Origin: Nitrospinales bacterium
GTDB lineage: Bacteria; Nitrospinota; Nitrospinia; Nitrospinales; VA-1
Length of the DNA stretch: 64,000 nucleotides
Direction: 5' to 3'
NCBI GenBank assembly: GCA_965223795.1
Contig: CBDCXL010000002.1
Coordinates: 1,728,001 to 1,792,000 of the forward strand
Part shown: positions 59,489-64,000 of the stretch, one piece after another
Layout of the letters: each line of letters starts with the position of its first letter
How positions within the stretch are numbered: the first letter of the stretch is position 1
Program-made: the position numbers and the translations under genes
Notes under the pieces: model-generated
Seen by the model: only the letters and a program-made list of their open reading frames with translations
What the model was told of the DNA's origin: nothing
Database searches by the model: none

Positions 59489-59926
59489 TCAGGAATAGGG
59501 GTGGGACTGGGAGCCGTGGTTGCCGCCGGGGTCGGCGCCGATCAGAAACCCGAACAGATGCGCTCTTTTTTCCGGATCGCCCTGGTTGTAAATCCGCACC
59601 AGTTTCTCGATCAGGTCTTTCAGTTTCGGGTCCTCGCCGTATTCGGCGCTTTCCTCGTAGGCCATGGGAGCGACCGCGTTCTCGCTGCCGCGCTTCATCG
59701 GCCCCTGGCCGATCAGCAGCCAGATGATATTGATATTGGTATTGAGGTGGATTTTCGCAATGGTGTCGGCGGAGGGCAGCGATTTGTTGTTTTCGATGTC
59801 CGAGAGCGATCCCTGGGAAATATCGATCAGTTCGGCCAGCTCAAAGGATTTCAGTGGCAGGGACTTGCGCCATTGACGCAGCCGGTCACCCAGAAAATTC
59901 GTGAGTCCTGATTTTTTGTCTTGCAA
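59489..59926 (-). CDS. XRE-family HTH transcriptional regulator
   Basis: LGDRLRQWRK...ELAELIDISQGSLSDIENNKSLPS, NIIWLLIG.G.M; TTG start uncertain. Confidence 0.9.
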   Translation of the reverse strand: MQDKKSGLTNFLGDRLRQWRKSLPLKSFELAELIDISQGSLSDIENNKSLPSADTIAKIHLNTNINIIWLLIGQGPMKRGSENAVAPMAYEESAEYGEDPKLKDLIEKLVRIYNQGDPEKRAHLFGFLIGADPGGNHGSQSHPYS

Positions 59927-59949
59927 AATTCCGAATTCCGAAATATAGT
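59921..59949 (+). promoter_or_regulatory. divergent sigma70-like promoter with candidate XRE operator in the spacer
   Basis: TTGCAA-N17-TATAGT; spacer holds TTCCGAATTCCGAA. Confidence 0.55.
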
Positions 59950-60516
59950 GTTAACTGAGGGGGACTGTATCTTCACCATTCCGGGAACGATCGACTCAAC
60001 CGCGGACGCGAGGGATGGTATGGTGAGGAAAATGCCGATATACCGAATTATATCACTAAAGATTCGATCCTCTTAAGTTTTTGTCATAGATTTACCTACG
60101 CCGATCGCATTCAGCCGGAAAAGCAGCCTGTGAGCGGGGCTGGGATTTCCAAAGCTATACTTTTAAAAGTAAGGGTTTATTCTGCTCCAGGCGCGGACCG
60201 GCCACGGCGCGGGTCAAAAACAAAAAAATTCTTTCCCCGGAAATCCTTTTGTGCGTTTTCGTTCCCGGCATTGCGATTTTTTCCTGAGCCGGGGTCTTGC
60301 TTCCCTGTTGGACTCAACGGCCGCATCAAAAAAATTCCGCATTCACACCGCCTTCTGTAAATTCGACAGGCCAAATATTTTGCTTGTAAAAATTCGGAAA
60401 ACCGATTTTGGTGGATTTTGTGCCGTAATGGATTCAAATTGCGTAGGTTATCAAATTCACCCCGGATTCGTCTGGACGCCATGCGGGAAAGTTATTTCCT
60501 GATCACGGAGGCGGGA

Positions 60517-60717
60517 ATGTCTTTTGTGCCCAAAAAGAAGGAGTTCACGTTCAAAACGGACTGCCGGCCAAGGCCGCGCGAGGTCGGCGGGCAGGTGATC
60601 CTGTGGAGTCCGGATGCCGTTGCGGATGATCCGTGGAAACAGGCGTTGGAGAAACAGGCGATCGAGTTCATGACCAATATCCCTGCCCACCCAGCGTTCA
60701 ATTTTGTTTTTTCCTAA
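60517..60717 (+). CDS. small hypothetical protein, possibly truncated
   Basis: SD GGAGG then MSFVPKKKEFTFKTDCRPRP...; last codons run into the AT-rich antisense fragment. Confidence 0.5.
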   Translation: MSFVPKKKEFTFKTDCRPRPREVGGQVILWSPDAVADDPWKQALEKQAIEFMTNIPAHPAFNFVFS

Positions 60718-61100
60718 TGTAATAAATACCCGATTTCTGTGAAACCTTTCTATTTTATCAGCGGCAAATCCAAAAACGGGATTGGCTAAGGAGAGTTCTT
60801 CGAATAAAACTTGGATGTGAATTTGATATTCAAATGGAATATGTGTGGATACTTCTTGCAGCCCCTCCGAGTGTTTCGAGATGTTGAACAAACAATGTTG
60901 GTTCATAAGAAAATACCCATTAGGATTCTCTGCTTTAAAGTTCTCGAATAGTTTTTTATCTGCACATGTATATTCATGTTTGATTTGCTGCACTTCATCT
61001 TCATGAAAATGAGGGGGCAAACGGATTCGGGAAGGTTAAACAATCTTTCGATGGCGTCCTCTATATTTTTTCTTTTATAGTACAAATTGACATCAATCAT
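60678..61100 (-). pseudogene. AT-rich frameshifted, probably truncated gene fragment (immunity-protein-like)
   Basis: MIDVNLYYKRKNIEDAIERLFNLPESVCP joins PHFHEDEVQ...RNRVFITLGKNKIERWVGRD if one C is added to the C5 run at 61013-61017; GC far below flanks. Confidence 0.6.
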
Positions 61101-61114
61101 TTTATCTCTTGCTT

Positions 61115-62755
61115 TCACTCCCCGCGGGCGGTTTCGGGTTCTTTGGGCAGCAGGATCTGAAACAGGCCGATGATCTCTTCGAAGCGGTAGTTCTCCGCGA
61201 TGTATGCAAATAAAACAGGGGCGTAGTTCGACAGACGCCGTTCTTCTTTACCGTCGATGGGAATGTCCACGTAGACGACCAGCTTCGGCGGCGTCCTCTT
61301 GAGCAGCGTGACCAGCTCGGTCTGCGCGTCTGCATCCAGCATGCCCGGTAAAATCCAGTCGTAGGGCGTCGGGTTTATCCGGCCGGTGAGAAAATAAAAC
61401 ACGGGATTGAGCGGCAGGGCCAGGATGGGATCGCCTGCGTCCGTGTAGATCTCGATGCGGTCGGTGATCTGTTCCAGCCACAGCGCTTCGGTGGGGTGCG
61501 GCCGCACGTTCATGCGGTCGAGCTGCACGGGCCGGGTTTCTTCATTGAGCGCGCCGATGGAGCCCGCGTAAAACCCGTGCCGGGTGTTCATCTCGTAAAC
61601 AAACAGCAGCGGCAGTGCAGCGGCGAGGGCATGGACCGTGCGTTTGCGTATGGCGTGTGCCGTCTGTGAGCTTGCAAACGCGGGCCGGTTCACAATCCAT
61701 TCGTGGATGCGGTGCAAGCCATAGCAGAACAGGATGTAAAACGGCGGCAGGGTGCGCAGCAGGTTGTCGAACCCGGCGCGCCAGATCACCAGGCCGTACA
61801 CGCCGACGCCGAAAGCCAGCACGATGAACAGCTTTAGATTTTCCCGACCGGGTGCGGGAATTTTTTTCAGGATCCGGATGCCGAGCAGGACGGCGATGCC
61901 CGCGTAGGTCCAGACGGGCAGGTAAAACAGAATCCTCTCGAACATCGCATGCGCTCCCAACTCGTGCCACAGAGGAAAAAACGGCAGCAGCTCGGGAAAG
62001 GGATTGCCCCAGACGCGGTGCGCCTCGAACACAAGCTGAAATACCTTGCGGAAGTAGTCGTGGTTGAAAAAATAAACCGCGAGGGCGAACAGCAGGGCCG
62101 TGAGAGTCAGAACCGCAGCGAGCGCGAGCCTGCCCTGCGGCCGCAATGCGCCGCGCCCGGTGTGCGCGACGCTCGAAAAAAACGCGATGGCGCTCACGAG
62201 AGCGGTGATGAGGGCGATCTCGATCTTGAAACAGCCGCTCAAAAAAATCGCGGCGATGACCCAAAGCCCGTCGCGCATGCGCCGTTTCTCGACCGCGTTT
62301 ATCAGCAGGAACAGATTCAGCACGGTGAAAAACGGAAAGAAGCGGTTGTAGTACATGGACGGCGCGGAAAGAACGCACAGGGCCGCGAGAACGGCGAAGC
62401 CGGGCGGCATCAGTCTGCGTGCCGCCGCGTAAAGAAGGAGGACCATCGCCGGGGTGAACAGCAGCACGGCGAGCCGCAGGCTGAACACGTCGGTGCCGAA
62501 CAGTTTGAAGAACAGGGCGGCGTACCAATAACGGCCGGGCAGGTAGCCGTTGGGGTTGAAATCCTCGAGCGCTTTTTCTCCGTTCAAGGTGCGCAGGGTG
62601 CCGTTGGCGAACCCGCCTTCGTCCCAGAGGTTGAAACCGTACTCGGCAAACGAATAAAAATAGCCGGTCAACAGCAGGTACACCACGGCGGTGCGCACGA
62701 ATGGAGATCGTGGAATGAGGACGCGGAGACGTACCAGGGAAGTGGCGCGTTGCAT
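61115..62755 (-). CDS. polytopic membrane protein, GT-C (ArnT/PMT-like) glycosyltransferase candidate
   Basis: DEG motif after TM1, DF...Y.PG, about 11-13 TMs, C-terminal soluble domain with FYFLTGR.NP. Confidence 0.7.
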   Translation of the reverse strand: MQRATSLVRLRVLIPRSPFVRTAVVYLLLTGYFYSFAEYGFNLWDEGGFANGTLRTLNGEKALEDFNPNGYLPGRYWYAALFFKLFGTDVFSLRLAVLLFTPAMVLLLYAAARRLMPPGFAVLAALCVLSAPSMYYNRFFPFFTVLNLFLLINAVEKRRMRDGLWVIAAIFLSGCFKIEIALITALVSAIAFFSSVAHTGRGALRPQGRLALAAVLTLTALLFALAVYFFNHDYFRKVFQLVFEAHRVWGNPFPELLPFFPLWHELGAHAMFERILFYLPVWTYAGIAVLLGIRILKKIPAPGRENLKLFIVLAFGVGVYGLVIWRAGFDNLLRTLPPFYILFCYGLHRIHEWIVNRPAFASSQTAHAIRKRTVHALAAALPLLFVYEMNTRHGFYAGSIGALNEETRPVQLDRMNVRPHPTEALWLEQITDRIEIYTDAGDPILALPLNPVFYFLTGRINPTPYDWILPGMLDADAQTELVTLLKRTPPKLVVYVDIPIDGKEERRLSNYAPVLFAYIAENYRFEEIIGLFQILLPKEPETARGE

Positions 62756-62764
62756 GGGCCGGGC

Positions 62765-63853
62765 CTAAAGGTGGGACTGCATTTCCTCTGCGAGCGTTTT
62801 GTGTTCCTGGATGAGCGATGAAAGGTCCTGGACGCCCGCGCCCACGGGCGGCAGCGTTCGTTTGAGGGCGAGGATTTTTTCGGCGGCGGCCGCCACTTTT
62901 TCCTGCGGGATGCGGCCGGACTGGACATCCTGGATGAGGTTGTCCTGCAGCGCGCGGGTCTTATCCAGACTGTGGCAGATGAGAAACAGGTCGATGCCCG
63001 CTTCCACACCGAGCGAGGGAACCGCATCGAACGGCAGGGTGTCCTCGACCGCCTTCATTTCCAGATCGTCGGAGATGACGAGCCCCTCAAAACCGAGCTT
63101 TGTTCTCAGGACGTCATTCAGGATTGCCGGGGAAAAGGTGGCGGGCCGGGTTTCATCCCAGCACGGGTACACCACGTGCGCGGTCATGAGGACCGGCAGT
63201 CCCTTGCCGATGGCGGTCTTAAACGGTGCCAGCTCCACCGCTTCCAGCTCGGCGGGCGGTTTCGCCACGATGGGAAGCGTGAGGTGCGAATCCTGGTGCG
63301 TGTCGCCGTGGCCGGGAAAGTGCTTGCCCACAGCCAGGATGCCCGCTTGCTGAAACCCCTGCATGAACGCCACAGCGAGCCTGCCCGCCCATTGCGGGTC
63401 GTCGCTCAGGGCGCGCACGCCGATGATGGGGTTGTCCGGGTTCGTGTTGACGTCCAGGATGGGGGCGTAGTCCATGTTGACCCCCACCGCCGCCAGCTCT
63501 TTGCCCAGCGCCACCGCGAACCGGCGCGCCAGGGATTCGGAACGGGCCTTGCCGAGGCAGCAGGGGTGCGGAAAGTGGGTGAACGGCGCGCCCAGCCGCG
63601 ACACGCGGCCGCCTTCCTGGTCCACGGAAACGAACAGCGGCGCCTTGGGCGGGGTGGCGAGCGCCAGGGCCTGCATGTCGGCGATCAGCCGCGTCAACTG
63701 TTCGGGGGTCTCGAAGTTGCGCTCGAACAGGATCACCCCGCCGATGCGCCGCCCCTCGATCAGATCGCGGATGGAATCGTTGAGTTCGGTGCCCTCGAAT
63801 CCGGTCACCAGCATCTGGCCGGTCTGCTGTTTCAGTGTTTCCTGAGTGTCCAA
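62765..63853 (-). CDS. nagZ: beta-N-acetylhexosaminidase (GH3)
   Basis: DQEGGRVSR, KHFPGHGDT.QDSH, SDDLEM. Confidence 0.95.
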   Translation of the reverse strand: MDTQETLKQQTGQMLVTGFEGTELNDSIRDLIEGRRIGGVILFERNFETPEQLTRLIADMQALALATPPKAPLFVSVDQEGGRVSRLGAPFTHFPHPCCLGKARSESLARRFAVALGKELAAVGVNMDYAPILDVNTNPDNPIIGVRALSDDPQWAGRLAVAFMQGFQQAGILAVGKHFPGHGDTHQDSHLTLPIVAKPPAELEAVELAPFKTAIGKGLPVLMTAHVVYPCWDETRPATFSPAILNDVLRTKLGFEGLVISDDLEMKAVEDTLPFDAVPSLGVEAGIDLFLICHSLDKTRALQDNLIQDVQSGRIPQEKVAAAAEKILALKRTLPPVGAGVQDLSSLIQEHKTLAEEMQSHL

Positions 63854-64000
63854 AGGGGAGGCTTCCTAAAAATGGGGGCGCGGATGCAGGCGGGAGCCAG
63901 GGAGATAAAATGTTTCGGGACCTTTGAGTTTGCGCGTATCATCTCGACGGATCGCGGTGAGGCCGCTGAATGCGAACAGGGACAGCCGGGTTGCGGAACC

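Noticed and set aside
63854..64000. Sequence upstream of nagZ at the window end
   Set aside because: Too short to support a feature call

Overview
64 kb of a GC-rich (about 55-60%) Gram-negative bacterial chromosome. Gene style and content (futalosine mqnA, Na+-type membrane PPase, glyQ/glyS, ppdK, GH57, many TPR proteins) suggest a Nitrospinota/deltaproteobacteria-like organism; this is inference only. Most of the window is housekeeping: mlaEFD-like operon, dciA-TPR-lolB-like-ispE-tRNA-Gln-prs-rplY-pth-hppA, mqnA, hisIG, RNA-modification genes, tatB, ribF, tRNA-Leu, mnmG, apt, yacG, exeAB-like, glyQ/glyS, ppdK, comDE-like, flaG, an MsbA-like ABC exporter, GH57 and nagZ. I saw no CRISPR array, rRNA, transposase or integrase. 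The strongest candidate for an undescribed system lies next to tRNA-Leu (25.3-31.6 kb). There, an inositol-phosphate synthase is fused to an intact cytidylyltransferase. It is divergent from a CDP-alcohol phosphotransferase carrying a degenerate cytidylyltransferase-like domain, and is followed by a GT4 glycosyltransferase and a twitch/SPASM radical SAM enzyme. Other unusual items: an MlaF with several degenerate ATPase motifs; a membrane-anchored NB-ARC/TPR (NLR-like) gene splitting glyQ from glyS; an HPD-less J-domain fused to ExeA; a QueG/RDase-like-SCP2 fusion under a leaderless MarR with a visible palindromic operator; a very acidic membrane-tethered repeat protein; and an XRE locus with an AT-rich frameshifted gene fragment.
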